DNA of 64,000 nucleotides from Candidatus Dojkabacteria bacterium (GTDB lineage Bacteria > Patescibacteriota > Dojkabacteria > SC72): contig DUTP01000001.1 in NCBI GenBank assembly GCA_012842045.1, positions 28,534 through 92,533 of the forward strand, in the 5' to 3' direction. The notes under the pieces were generated by a model, which saw only the letters and a list, made by a program, of their open reading frames with translations, had not been told where the DNA came from and made no database searches. Position 1 is the first letter of the stretch. Each line of letters begins with the position of its first letter. Shown here one piece after another: positions 39,809-50,087 of the stretch. The position numbers and the translations under genes are program-made.

Positions 39809-40435
39809 TTAATGGGTTATGGAGTTGAGAATAGCCTTGATGGCTTTCTCTGTTTTTTTGCAAACTTCTCCATATCTAAGGTTTGATACTGGTAATACCG
39901 AGACATTTACGGTATTTCCCGTAAAGGCAAAGTATAATTCTTTTCCAAATATTTCGACCATTTTTTGACCCAAAGGTGTCAAGTCTTTCTCTAGTATCGA
40001 ATAATCTGGATAGTACTCGTCTTCTTCTGGGAAAAAATACGGAGAGATAGAAGTAAAAATCTCTGTTTCTTCTATATCTACATTTATAGACACCTCTATA
40101 CCAGCTATAGAGCTGTCTATTTCGACTCGAATTGAGTCTGTCAGTGCTGACATAGCAATGAAAGTCTCATTGCGTAAGTCTTCTAATTCCCCATCTGGTA
40201 CAAATGAGAGATAGTTTATACCTTCTTGCTCTCGCAAAAGGTACGTCGAATTCTTGATCATTTCTTCCAGTCCCAATTCTTTAATTTTTTGAGGGAACAA
40301 CCCTTCAAAGGTTAAGACACCAGAAGATATAGAAGCTAACGAACTCCTTACAAATACTTTGGGTATATTGGGGGCTACTTTTGCAACTCCCCTTATCATG
40401 TTTGTGAACTGTACAAGTTCTTCTAGATCTTTCAT
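39809..40435 (-). CDS. Hypothetical protein (208 aa) between ruvC and yebC
   Basis: Acidic, no TM, no motif assigned. Confidence 0.4.
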   Translation of the reverse strand: MKDLEELVQFTNMIRGVAKVAPNIPKVFVRSSLASISSGVLTFEGLFPQKIKELGLEEMIKNSTYLLREQEGINYLSFVPDGELEDLRNETFIAMSALTDSIRVEIDSSIAGIEVSINVDIEETEIFTSISPYFFPEEDEYYPDYSILEKDLTPLGQKMVEIFGKELYFAFTGNTVNVSVLPVSNLRYGEVCKKTEKAIKAILNSITH

Positions 40436-40679
40436 AATTTCTCCTTGCCTCTCGGCGAACTTTCACAGAATTAAGTTAACTCATTCTGTGTTTAATCTTG
40501 ATTGCACTCTTGTGCTTAATACAATCCTAAATATATACATTAAGAATCATATTAAGCACAAAAGGTATCAAACAGGAGAAATAAATTTAAAAACCTTTGT
40601 TGTTAATGAGCAGTATATCTAACATACTAAGATATTAGATATCTACTTACATTATACTACACTATAGGGTTGTTTGCAA

Positions 40680-41459
40680 CTACTCTAAATCACTCCAAAC
40701 ATTTTGTACATCATCACTCTCTTCAAACTTCTCAATTGCACTCTCTATCTTCTCTCTTTCTTCTTTAGTAACATCTTTCAAAACATTAGCTTCCTTTATT
40801 AACTCAGCCTCATTAAGAACATACCCTAACTTGTTAATACCATCTCTAACAGAACCAAAACTATCATACTCTATATATACAGCTAAACCTTTCTTACCAT
40901 CTTCCTCATACTCATGAATATCTAAAACACCAGGTAAATCCATAATATTAAGTTCTACCTCCTCAGGATCATCTTCTACAAAAACATCTGGTTCTCCATA
41001 CTTCTCAGTCTCTTCCATATGACCACAGAATATTTCAAAATATCCTTTTGTATTAAAATTCCAAGAAACAGAACCAGTATCACCCATTGTCCCACCTACT
41101 TCTTCAAATATCTGTCTAATCTCAGCCACTGTCCTATTCTTGTTATCTGTCAAAACATCTATAACTAACTGAACACCATGAGGACCAAATCCTTCATATG
41201 TAATCTCTTCTATGATAACTCCATCACTACCCTCCCCTGTACCTTTTTTAATTGCTTTATCAATATTATCATTCGAGAAACCAATAGCTTTAGCTTTATC
41301 AATATACAATCTTAATGTAGGATTCATAGTTGGATCACCACCACCTTGTTTAGCTGCATGAGTTATCTGTACAGATACTTTAGAGAAAGATTTACCCTTC
41401 TTAGCATCATTAATAGCTTTTTTATGTTTAATTGTATCCCATTTAGAATGTCCTGACAT
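40680..41459 (-). CDS. yebC: YebC/PmpR-family probable transcriptional regulatory protein
   Basis: MSGHSKWDTIKHKK N-terminus and family-typical length; conserved position upstream of ruvCAB. Confidence 0.85.
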   Translation of the reverse strand: MSGHSKWDTIKHKKAINDAKKGKSFSKVSVQITHAAKQGGGDPTMNPTLRLYIDKAKAIGFSNDNIDKAIKKGTGEGSDGVIIEEITYEGFGPHGVQLVIDVLTDNKNRTVAEIRQIFEEVGGTMGDTGSVSWNFNTKGYFEIFCGHMEETEKYGEPDVFVEDDPEEVELNIMDLPGVLDIHEYEEDGKKGLAVYIEYDSFGSVRDGINKLGYVLNEAELIKEANVLKDVTKEEREKIESAIEKFEESDDVQNVWSDLE

Positions 41460-41523
41460 ATACTAGAAATGTTATATTAATAACATTATTCTAACACAAA
41501 GGATATGGTTTGAAAAGAAAACC

Positions 41524-44058
41524 TTACTCACTCTTCTTCAGTGTACCTACTTTCTTCTTACTCTTAGGTTTCAAATCTTTCTCTTCCTTATAATCTTTTT
41601 TAGATTCTTTTACAGGTTCTTTTTCTTCAGTAGTATCCTCTTTCTTCTTCATATTACTCCTATTCCCCTTCTCACTATATGTCTGATTACTCCACTTCAT
41701 AATCTTCTCCTCTATCTCCTCTCTTGGCATACCATATATCTCTCTAGAATGTAATACAATCTCATCTCTAAGATTGTACTTCTCAAATCTAATAGGTAAA
41801 GACTTAGCACTAAACGGTACAGAAGTCATACCATCAATACAAAGCTTAATATACATGGCATATGCATCCAAAGAAACAAGGTCATCAGAAGAAACAACAG
41901 GAGCAAATTCCTTCTCTAAAATACTAGCATCAGCCTGACTAACAACAAAAGAACCAAGAGTACCGACATTACCAAATATAGCTTGTCTAACAGTAAGAGG
42001 TAATTGATCAATATATTGATTAGTCATAGTTAGATTAAGTTTGTACTTCCTAGCTTCTGAAAGAATCTTAGCAAAAGAATCTGTAGCAAAGTTCTGAAAC
42101 TCATCAACATACAAGTAAAAATCAGTCCTTTGTTCTTCAGGTATATCTACCCTCTCCATAGCTGTAGCTTGAAGTCTTGTAATTATCATTCCTCCTAGAA
42201 GAGATGCAGTCTCCTCACCTAGTCTCCCTTGTGCAAGATTAACAAGAAGAATCTTCCTGTTATCCATTATCTCCCTTAAATCAATTGTTGACTTAACCTG
42301 ACCAATTATATTCCTAGTAACAGCAGAAGAGATAAATCTACCAACCTTATTCTGTATTGGAGAAATAGCTTCTGCAAGTAACCTGTTGTTTTGAGACATC
42401 TGTGTAAACTCTTCTTCCCAGAACTTGTAAAGAATTGGATCGTTTACCTGTTTTAATATAAATTTCCTGAAATTCTTGTCTGTTAACATTCTAATCACTG
42501 CAAGAAGAGTTGTACCCTGAGCCTCCATTACAGTAGCTACAGTGTTAGTAAGAATGTATTGTAACCTAGGTCCCCAAGAATCACCAAACTGTTTCTTAAA
42601 CACCTCTACAACCCCATCAGCAATCAAATCTCTCTGTGACTTATCCTTCAATTCCAAAAGATTAAAACCAACAGGATGATCAACATCTGTAGGGTTAAAA
42701 TACACGACATCATCTACCCTATTTGGTGGAATATATGAAAGAAGTTCCTCCACTGTATCACCGTGAGGATCAACAAAACATGCACCATCACCAGCTAAAA
42801 CGTCTGAGATAAACATGTTTTTAAACAGCGTAGACTTACCTGTACCTGTCTTACCTAGCAAATAGAAGTGTCGCACCCTATCTCTTCTCTTAATACCAAA
42901 TTGCACTTTCATATCTCTGTAATCTGTCCGACCGAAAACTGTAACATCCTCCTCCCCTTCAATAGGTAAATCCATAGGAGGTTCTAACTTCCTAGCCCTA
43001 CTCCATGCAATATTGGGTGTTTCTACAGAAATATTAGGCAGATGATACAACGATGCAAGTTCTTCAATATTAAGAATATCAACATCTTCATCCAACTCCC
43101 TCTTTACATACATAGAGTACAGTTCCTGACCTTCTTTTGAAGGTGGAGCATAGATAAAGTTGTTTAGATGGGCTGTTGTAAACTGCTTAAAACTAGCAAC
43201 AACATCTCTTAATAACTGCTCAGATCTAAACTGATCTGCGGCCTTTGTTACAACCCTAACCTGAAATTCAAAACCAACCTTCAACATCTTCAACTCTATC
43301 TCTCTTAACTCTTCATCCTGCCCAGGTAACAACTTAACTATCTCTTTTTCAGCTGACTTACCCGAAGAATCTGTACTAAGAGCATCTCCGATTCCACCAG
43401 CAATCTTAGATACAACCTCACCAAAAGATGGTCCACCTATACTTTTACCCTCTTTTACTGCCGTAATATATTCTTTTGATTTCTCTTGCCAGAAATTTGA
43501 GACAGGTCTTACCACTATCTGCAACCAAACCTTCTCACCAATATTTAACTCAGACATCGCTCCAGTTATTGCAGCTAATGGGTCAACCTCAAAACTTCTA
43601 AATGTCTTAATTGGAAAAATGGAATCCTTCTCCATCTCTATCTCTCCTACTGTAACAAAGCTATTCGCTTCACTTCCCTCCTTTGTATAGTCCTGAACAT
43701 ACTCAATCTCAGCGTTAGGATACTGTGCATAAATCTGTCCTTCGATAAAACGACAAAGATGCTCAGGAGCTACAACAAAAAATCTAATACCTTCTGTTTC
43801 GGTAGATATAATCTCAAAACTAACAACATCAGCACACCTCTTATTCGCACCTAAAATACCATGAATAGATGCAAACATCTGTTCAGCAGCCAGAGCTGCC
43901 TTCTCATTCTCTCTTGGAACAAGAATTTGCATAACTAAAGGATTTCTAACACTATTGAACACAACCTCTTCTTCAGGCTTCTTTCTGAAAATAAAGATGA
44001 CAATCCCAACAAGGATTAAAATTAAAAATATTATAATAACCATTATGACAGTTTCCAT
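41524..44058 (-). CDS. Membrane-anchored T4SS-family AAA-like ATPase (VirB4/VirD4-TraG/DUF87 superfamily)
   Basis: One N-terminal TM, ~380-aa unknown domain, Walker A LGKTGTGKST, Walker B YLYVDEFQNF, C-terminal arginine-finger-like ARKYKLNLTMTNQYIDQL resembling TraG-D_C. Confidence 0.5.
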   Translation of the reverse strand: METVIMVIIIFLILILVGIVIFIFRKKPEEEVVFNSVRNPLVMQILVPRENEKAALAAEQMFASIHGILGANKRCADVVSFEIISTETEGIRFFVVAPEHLCRFIEGQIYAQYPNAEIEYVQDYTKEGSEANSFVTVGEIEMEKDSIFPIKTFRSFEVDPLAAITGAMSELNIGEKVWLQIVVRPVSNFWQEKSKEYITAVKEGKSIGGPSFGEVVSKIAGGIGDALSTDSSGKSAEKEIVKLLPGQDEELREIELKMLKVGFEFQVRVVTKAADQFRSEQLLRDVVASFKQFTTAHLNNFIYAPPSKEGQELYSMYVKRELDEDVDILNIEELASLYHLPNISVETPNIAWSRARKLEPPMDLPIEGEEDVTVFGRTDYRDMKVQFGIKRRDRVRHFYLLGKTGTGKSTLFKNMFISDVLAGDGACFVDPHGDTVEELLSYIPPNRVDDVVYFNPTDVDHPVGFNLLELKDKSQRDLIADGVVEVFKKQFGDSWGPRLQYILTNTVATVMEAQGTTLLAVIRMLTDKNFRKFILKQVNDPILYKFWEEEFTQMSQNNRLLAEAISPIQNKVGRFISSAVTRNIIGQVKSTIDLREIMDNRKILLVNLAQGRLGEETASLLGGMIITRLQATAMERVDIPEEQRTDFYLYVDEFQNFATDSFAKILSEARKYKLNLTMTNQYIDQLPLTVRQAIFGNVGTLGSFVVSQADASILEKEFAPVVSSDDLVSLDAYAMYIKLCIDGMTSVPFSAKSLPIRFEKYNLRDEIVLHSREIYGMPREEIEEKIMKWSNQTYSEKGNRSNMKKKEDTTEEKEPVKESKKDYKEEKDLKPKSKKKVGTLKKSE

Positions 44059-44101
44059 TCTCCTAAAATTCTAGAGTAAAATCCTGTATTTATCAAATAA
44101 T

Positions 44102-45250
44102 TTAAAAAGAATACATGGAAGATATATTCTCGCCTAAAATGACCACAATATCACCTGTTGTCATAAAATCAGGTCTACCTTCTACAATTTCAAATTCTAC
44201 AGGTATAACGTCAGAAACAATATCATAAGCATTTTTAAAACTCTCCTTATCAGGAACAAAAAGTGTTGTCTTAGTATACATGTTAGGAGCATTCTCATAC
44301 CTCACTACATCACAACCAGAGTTTGTAATCTTTCTCCCAAAAGAATATGCAACCCCAGTCAGACCACTACCATTGTATACTTCAACCCTAACTCTCTCAT
44401 TCTCAAGATTTCTATCTAAAACATTAGCTAGTAGCTTATTCAAATCCTTATCATACTCCTTGCTATCCAAAACCTTTATATCCTCACCTGTCAAAAGTTC
44501 ACCATCTTTTAGATATTTCTGATCAGAAAAATCTATTACTTCCCTTCTGTAACCCTTCTTTCCTGATTTTAAAGACTCTAACGCAAGCCTTGTTGTATAA
44601 AAAGGAATATTTGAATATATCTTCTTATCCAAATCATCTAACTCTCTAATTGAGAAAAACATCTTTTTGAAAGAAATAGCATTAGCAATCTCTTCAACAC
44701 CATTTACTCCAGCAAAAACACCCTCTTTATGACCAACAAAACCTTTTACAATATTTGTAGCATCAGATGATATATAGATGTACTTCTCACTCTTAAATCC
44801 CAACAACTGATTAATTTGCCAAATAGCATATTCCACACCCCTCCCACTCTCCAAAAAGTCACCAGCATATCTGAAAGATGAGACAGGTATTTCATTTCCA
44901 AACTTCTCCTCCAAACCAGCATAGTAAACATCTCCTGGTAAATATATTAATAACTCATTCTTTTTACTCTTGTTCTCTAAATATGCATAAACACTCACTA
45001 TCTTACTCCTATCCCCATCCTTTTCTTCAACAATAATCAATGTTTTTTCCAAATCACTAGAAACTTTAGAAAAAAGATTTAAGTTTGAATCTTCACCTGT
45101 ACTCACATCTACTGTTTTGAGTGTAAATACAGAAAGTAGAAAGTATCCTAGATATACAACAAAAGTAATAGATAGTAACCAGAGCAAATATTTACCTAAC
45201 GGTACTCTTTTCTTCTCTTTCTTTTTGTTCTCTTTTCTTTTTCTGGGCAT
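44102..45250 (-). CDS. LytR-CpsA-Psr (LCP)-like envelope protein with C-terminal LytR_C domain
   Basis: Basic N-terminus and TM. C-terminal RVRVEVYNGSGLTGVA...TLFV matches the LytR_C fold motif; the central region is weakly LCP-like. Confidence 0.45.
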   Translation of the reverse strand: MPRKRKENKKKEKKRVPLGKYLLWLLSITFVVYLGYFLLSVFTLKTVDVSTGEDSNLNLFSKVSSDLEKTLIIVEEKDGDRSKIVSVYAYLENKSKKNELLIYLPGDVYYAGLEEKFGNEIPVSSFRYAGDFLESGRGVEYAIWQINQLLGFKSEKYIYISSDATNIVKGFVGHKEGVFAGVNGVEEIANAISFKKMFFSIRELDDLDKKIYSNIPFYTTRLALESLKSGKKGYRREVIDFSDQKYLKDGELLTGEDIKVLDSKEYDKDLNKLLANVLDRNLENERVRVEVYNGSGLTGVAYSFGRKITNSGCDVVRYENAPNMYTKTTLFVPDKESFKNAYDIVSDVIPVEFEIVEGRPDFMTTGDIVVILGENISSMYSF

Positions 45251-45266
45251 GTTTAAAGTTTTTATT

Positions 45267-46259
45267 TTAGCAAAGCTTAAAGGTCATTCTCTCTCTATCA
45301 GGATTTTCTAAAGATAGTAATATTGATTCTAATTCTATCTTATCAGGAATACCTCCCTGACCATACTTAGTAGAATAGAGGGTATCTCCTAAAATATTTA
45401 ATCCTAAATATTCCAAAGTTGCTCTAATTTGATGCATCCTACCTGTTTCGATTTTAATTAAAAGCTCTTCTTTACTCAAAGGTTTGATATAGCTAACAGC
45501 TAATTTACCATTACCAAATGATCTTTTCAAAGGAGAAAAAAACATTTTCATCCTATTCCTATTACTCCTTTGTATATATCCTTCTACTCTTGCCCAAGAT
45601 TTATCACAAACAAAATTATTCTCCTCTAATTTCGCAACTTCATCCTTTAGACTAATATTTTTACTCACTAAAAGCTCACTTAATACTGCAGGGAAAACCT
45701 TACCTTCCACTTTAGCTCTGTAAAGTTTTTCCACCTTATGAGTTTCAAATTGTTTTTGAAAAAACTGTTGTGATTCCAATGTTTTAGCAAAAAGGATTAA
45801 TCCTGAAACCCCTTTATCCAACCTATGTACAACACCTCCTCTTTTAATATTCTTACAATATTCTTCTTTGTTTTGTAGATACCAAACCACATAATTTGAA
45901 AGAGTGTTCTCACTGTTCCCAGAACCTGGATGTACAACAACTCCAGCTTTTTTGTTTAGAACTATACAATACTTATCCTCAAAAACAATATCTAGAACAC
46001 CCTCTTGTGGTAGTATTCTAGTCTCAGAAATTTCTTTCTCCATATATTCAAGTAATAGTTTCTTTGATATATCTACCCTATCACCCTCTTTTAACTTAAG
46101 AGAAGGTTTAGCATCCTTATCATTTACTTTTACCAGATTATCCCAATATTTATGAAGAGCAGACCTTGTTAACGCTTTGAAACCTTCTGATTGGAGATAG
46201 GAGAGGACAAAAACATCTGCTCTCTTTCCAACATGTTCTTGAGATACTACAACTTCCAT
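45267..46259 (-). CDS. rluD: 23S rRNA pseudouridine synthase, RluA/RluD family (S4 domain + catalytic domain)
   Basis: S4 domain at the N-terminus, catalytic HRLDKGVSGLILFAKT motif. Confidence 0.8.
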   Translation of the reverse strand: MEVVVSQEHVGKRADVFVLSYLQSEGFKALTRSALHKYWDNLVKVNDKDAKPSLKLKEGDRVDISKKLLLEYMEKEISETRILPQEGVLDIVFEDKYCIVLNKKAGVVVHPGSGNSENTLSNYVVWYLQNKEEYCKNIKRGGVVHRLDKGVSGLILFAKTLESQQFFQKQFETHKVEKLYRAKVEGKVFPAVLSELLVSKNISLKDEVAKLEENNFVCDKSWARVEGYIQRSNRNRMKMFFSPLKRSFGNGKLAVSYIKPLSKEELLIKIETGRMHQIRATLEYLGLNILGDTLYSTKYGQGGIPDKIELESILLSLENPDRERMTFKLC

Positions 46260-46265
46260 ACATTA

Positions 46266-47105
46266 TTAATTTAATCTTACTGGCTTACTAACTTCAGGAA
46301 GCGATACTTGCCTTACAGAAGAGACTGTTTTAATTGTAACATTCCCCTCTTTCCTAGAACTAATTATGTAAGCTATTATCCCTGCAACATACCAAATACT
46401 TAGTATTACAAAACCTATGGTTGTTAATGTTGTAAGAGAAAGAGAAATATAGACATACCCAATTACAAAAAGTGCTACAATTGCAAATAGTATGTACAAA
46501 ATTCTACTTACCTCTTCTTTCTTACTGCCTAGATATACTTTAAGAATTATCGCCTGAAGTATTATAAATACAATAAAAGGTATTAATATTATCCATCCTT
46601 GTTTAAGCCAAAGATTGTTTCCACTCTGTATTCCAACAAAAAAGTAAGAGAGTCCCATCATTACCCAGTTTGAAAGATATATTGGAGGAAAAAGGTCTCC
46701 CCATTTCCACTTCTTTAGGAAAAGAACAGACACCGTTTGCATCAAAATTATCCCTAAAAAGGTAAACAGAATATCTAACTGACCATCCCAAATTTTAAGA
46801 AGTTTCCAAGGCAATAGTCTAAAGAGATATACATCATCCCCATATCTCTCATACGGTAACCAATACCAAGGGAGAGAAGAATATTCACTACTCCAACTAG
46901 ATACTACATATACTAATCTACCAACTAAAATACCGATTATTACAGAGATGAAAAATATATCAAAGACAGAAGAATTGTTTTTTCTACTCCTAGACGCTTC
47001 CTTCCAAAAAACAAAAAGACCCAAAAGAAAAATCAATACCAAACCCAAAAATGGGTTAAGTGTAGAAATGAAACCTTTTACAGCATTAATTATATTTGCA
47101 AACAT
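46266..47105 (-). CDS. Hypothetical polytopic membrane protein (279 aa)
   Basis: 7-8 TM helices, W/Y-rich loops; no Lgt signature. Confidence 0.45.
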   Translation of the reverse strand: MFANIINAVKGFISTLNPFLGLVLIFLLGLFVFWKEASRSRKNNSSVFDIFFISVIIGILVGRLVYVVSSWSSEYSSLPWYWLPYERYGDDVYLFRLLPWKLLKIWDGQLDILFTFLGIILMQTVSVLFLKKWKWGDLFPPIYLSNWVMMGLSYFFVGIQSGNNLWLKQGWIILIPFIVFIILQAIILKVYLGSKKEEVSRILYILFAIVALFVIGYVYISLSLTTLTTIGFVILSIWYVAGIIAYIISSRKEGNVTIKTVSSVRQVSLPEVSKPVRLN

Positions 47106-47140
47106 ATGTAATTAAATGATAACACAAAAGAAGAAATATC

Positions 47141-47887
47141 TTATCCCCTCCTTTTATGTTTTTTCTTTTTCCTTTTTTTCTTAGGTTGGGATACTTCTTT
47201 TACCTCACTCTCTTCTTCTGTATCTTTATCTTTTACTTCTTTATCCTCTTTCTTTTTAAAAACTTTTTCATAAAGAGAGATCAACTTATCACCTAACTCA
47301 ACAGCTATTCCTTTTCTCTCAGAATATCTTACTTTCTTAGATTCAACAACTTCTGTTGCTTCATCTTTGGATGCTTGGATATGTTCTTGCATAACTTCCC
47401 TAGAAGGTGCTTCCTCTTCTATTTTCTTTACTCTCTTGTGCATTTCATTACCACAGGATGGACAATATTTATATTTCTTATCCATTTCAACTTCACAAAC
47501 AGAGCATTTAATCTTAAGTCTTAGTCTACAATCTGGACAGAATGTAAAACCCGGATAGAGTTGTGCTCCACATCTTGGACAGTCACCTAGTTCTGCAGTT
47601 TCATATTTGAGATATCTTCTTTCTAAATCTGCCCAATATATTTCTTCTATTGTTTGGCTAGGTCTGATTAGTAGATATATTATTAAACCAGGCACAAAAA
47701 GTACTGCTGTCAAAAGGACATATGCTATCCTAACCCCTTTATTTGTAATCCTATCCCCAGAATCCAACCAAACCCAGTACAAAACCACCAACCAGAATGC
47801 AAGTAGTGCAACACCAAACAGAGACCAGACAAAACCAAAATTTATCTTAGTCACACCATCTAGAAAATCTAAAATTGCTTTTTCCAT
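47141..47887 (-). CDS. Membrane protein with double zinc-ribbon and Lys-rich C-terminal tail
   Basis: Two TM helices, then CPRCG...CPDC and CSVCE...CPSCG zinc-ribbon pairs; KKKRKKKKHKRRG tail. Confidence 0.5.
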   Translation of the reverse strand: MEKAILDFLDGVTKINFGFVWSLFGVALLAFWLVVLYWVWLDSGDRITNKGVRIAYVLLTAVLFVPGLIIYLLIRPSQTIEEIYWADLERRYLKYETAELGDCPRCGAQLYPGFTFCPDCRLRLKIKCSVCEVEMDKKYKYCPSCGNEMHKRVKKIEEEAPSREVMQEHIQASKDEATEVVESKKVRYSERKGIAVELGDKLISLYEKVFKKKEDKEVKDKDTEEESEVKEVSQPKKKRKKKKHKRRG

Positions 47888-47906
47888 AATATTTCTACTT
47901 ATTTTA

Positions 47907-47993
47907 TGGTGGTCGAGGAGGGAATCGAACCCTCATGCTATTGCTAGCACGGGATTTTGAGTCCCGCGTGTCTGCCAGTTCCACCACTCGACC
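47907..47993 (-). tRNA. tRNA-Leu (anticodon CAA), type II with long variable arm; CCA encoded
   Basis: Manual fold: acceptor GGTCGAG/CTCGACC, anticodon stem CGGGA/TCCCG with loop CTCAAAA, variable stem GCTA/TAGC, T-arm GAGGG-TTCGATT-CCCTC. Confidence 0.85.
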
Positions 47994-48036
47994 GTTGTTG
48001 CATTATACTAAGAAAACATGTCTTTGGGAAGATTTC

Positions 48037-49356
48037 TTACTTTTTAGCCCTATACAAATTTCTGAAGCTAGCGATTTCAGGAATAAATGCTAACTTAATA
48101 TCTCCAGTTGGACCATTTCTATGTTTTGCTACAATAAGGTCACCTGTTCCCTTGTTTTCCGTTTCAGGATTCCATGTTTCTTCTCTATCGATGAACATAA
48201 CAACATCAGCATCCTGTTCTATAGAGCCAGATTCTCTAAGATCTGAAAGTTGTGGTCTCCTACTCTGTCTCTGTTCAATAGCTCTTGAAAGCTGAGATAG
48301 AGCAACAACTGGAACATCTAATTCTTTTGCGATATTCTTTAAACCTTGTGATATCTCTCCAACTTCCAACGTCCTACTCTCCCTATTATTACCCTGCATA
48401 AGCTGAAGATAGTCAACAAAAATAATGTCTACATTACTCTCAAGAGCTAATCTTCTTGCTTTTGTTCTAAGAGAGTTAATATGTTGTCCTGCTTGATCAT
48501 CAATATATATATTTGCATCACCTAATTCTCCCATTGTACTAGCTAATTTCATAAACTTCTTCTCAGTTAATCTACCTGTCCTAATCTCCCAGAAAGGTAT
48601 ACCAGATTGCATACCTAAAAACCTTTCCATAATCTGTGTCTTAGACATTTCCAGTGAGAAAAATGCAACTGTTTTCTTTTCAACCAATGCTGCATGTCTC
48701 ATCATATCCAAAGCTAATGCTGTTTTACCTACAGAAGGTCTTGCAGCTAAGATAATTAAGTCTGATTTCTGGAAACCACCTAGAAGTTCATCTAAATCTT
48801 TAAAGCCAGTAGATACTCCTAAATATGATTCATCCTTATCTGCTCTCTCAGCTCTCTCATATGCTTCTTTCAAAAGGTCTTTGATATGCACAAAATTAAC
48901 CTTTGTACCTGTTTGTGCGACATCAAAAATTTCCTTCTCTGACTTATCTATTACTTCATCAATTGGTTTGTCCTCATCAAAAGCAATCTCCTTAATATGA
49001 CCTGCAGCAGCTATCAATCCTCTTCTTACCGCACTCTCTTTAATTATCTCTGCATACTCTTCCGCATGTGTAGATGTAGCAATGGTAGTCATTAATTCTG
49101 CCACATAACTTGCACCTCCTGCTGCTGTTAGTTTCTTCTGTTTCTTTAATTTGTCAACAACTGTCACCAAGTCTACAGGTAGAGCATTGTTGAAGAGATC
49201 CATTATGGCTGAATATATGATTACATGTTTGGCATCATAGAAATGCCCTGGTAGAAGCCAAGAGGATACTGTAATAATGGCATCTTTATCCATCAACATA
49301 CATCCTAAGAGTGATTTCTCAACATCTATATTTTGTGGTGGTAGCTTATCTTTCAT
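48037..49356 (-). CDS. dnaB: Replicative DNA helicase DnaB
   Basis: N-terminal EKSLLGCML domain, Walker A ARPSVGKTALALD, RecA-fold motifs. Confidence 0.9.
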   Translation of the reverse strand: MKDKLPPQNIDVEKSLLGCMLMDKDAIITVSSWLLPGHFYDAKHVIIYSAIMDLFNNALPVDLVTVVDKLKKQKKLTAAGGASYVAELMTTIATSTHAEEYAEIIKESAVRRGLIAAAGHIKEIAFDEDKPIDEVIDKSEKEIFDVAQTGTKVNFVHIKDLLKEAYERAERADKDESYLGVSTGFKDLDELLGGFQKSDLIILAARPSVGKTALALDMMRHAALVEKKTVAFFSLEMSKTQIMERFLGMQSGIPFWEIRTGRLTEKKFMKLASTMGELGDANIYIDDQAGQHINSLRTKARRLALESNVDIIFVDYLQLMQGNNRESRTLEVGEISQGLKNIAKELDVPVVALSQLSRAIEQRQSRRPQLSDLRESGSIEQDADVVMFIDREETWNPETENKGTGDLIVAKHRNGPTGDIKLAFIPEIASFRNLYRAKK

Positions 49357-49365
49357 TTTCTCTTT

Positions 49366-50016
49366 TTATTTAAGAAATACTACTTCAACACTCTTTCCCT
49401 CCTCCTCCACTCTTCTTCTTGCAAGATTCACAAACCCTTCATCACTCACATTTGTATATCCAAAATATTTAATAAATTCCTCTCTACTTTTAAGTCCTGT
49501 ATTATCCTTCTTTTCTCCTTTGTATGCACAAGGTATTAACACAGCAGGGTCTACATTTGAAATTATCTTATCAAGCTTGTCATAGTCAAGATATTCTTCA
49601 CCATTTCCAACAGGTACAATCAAAGCATCAACATCACCCAAATTTTTAACAGAATCAGGATCAAAATCTTTTCTAACAATTCCCATATACAAAGTCCTTA
49701 AGTTTTTCTCATCTATTATGTAAAAGTCTTCATCTAAACCTCTTCTTATCATTACACCACCTACCTCATACTCTCCGGGAGTATGAATCTCTATTATCTC
49801 ACCTCTCTTTCCAGGAACAACCTTCCCATCAAGAGAATGTTTCTTTAAGATACTCTCTCCATTCATAGGAGTATCATATTCTGTAAACAGAACAACATCT
49901 GCTTCTGTTTTGGGAAAACTTGCACCCGATTCCTTGAGTAAAAGTGGATCAGTGATGATAGAAAGTTCATTTGAAGTGATTAGGAATGTTGTCCAGCCAA
50001 TTTTTTTAATCTTCAT
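49366..50016 (-). CDS. MBL-fold (UPF0173-like) protein lacking the canonical HxHxDH motif
   Basis: IKKIGWTTFLIT ... IITDP ... ADVVLFTEYD parallels the metallo-beta-lactamase fold N-terminus, but the His ligands are replaced. Confidence 0.35.
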   Translation of the reverse strand: MKIKKIGWTTFLITSNELSIITDPLLLKESGASFPKTEADVVLFTEYDTPMNGESILKKHSLDGKVVPGKRGEIIEIHTPGEYEVGGVMIRRGLDEDFYIIDEKNLRTLYMGIVRKDFDPDSVKNLGDVDALIVPVGNGEEYLDYDKLDKIISNVDPAVLIPCAYKGEKKDNTGLKSREEFIKYFGYTNVSDEGFVNLARRRVEEEGKSVEVVFLK

Positions 50017-50087
50017 ACTAGTATGACTAAAATAAATACAGGTATTACTAAGTATACCAAATTTCCATGGGCAGTTTTAGAATATTT

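Noticed and set aside
46266-47105. Prolipoprotein diacylglyceryl transferase (Lgt) assignment
   Set aside because: The size and 7-TM topology are compatible, but the Lgt signature (G-R-x-G-N-F-x-N-x-E) is absent. Kept as a hypothetical membrane protein
47607-47960. Track ORF (+, 117 aa) and the first 33 codons of track ORF 62016-63758 (-)
   Set aside because: Both translate tRNA genes (tRNA-Leu at 47907-47993 and tRNA-Ser at 63678-63764). Sequences such as WWSRRESNPH and PWVRIPLSPL are the usual tRNA mistranslation signatures. The GT2 CDS was trimmed to the ATG at 63659
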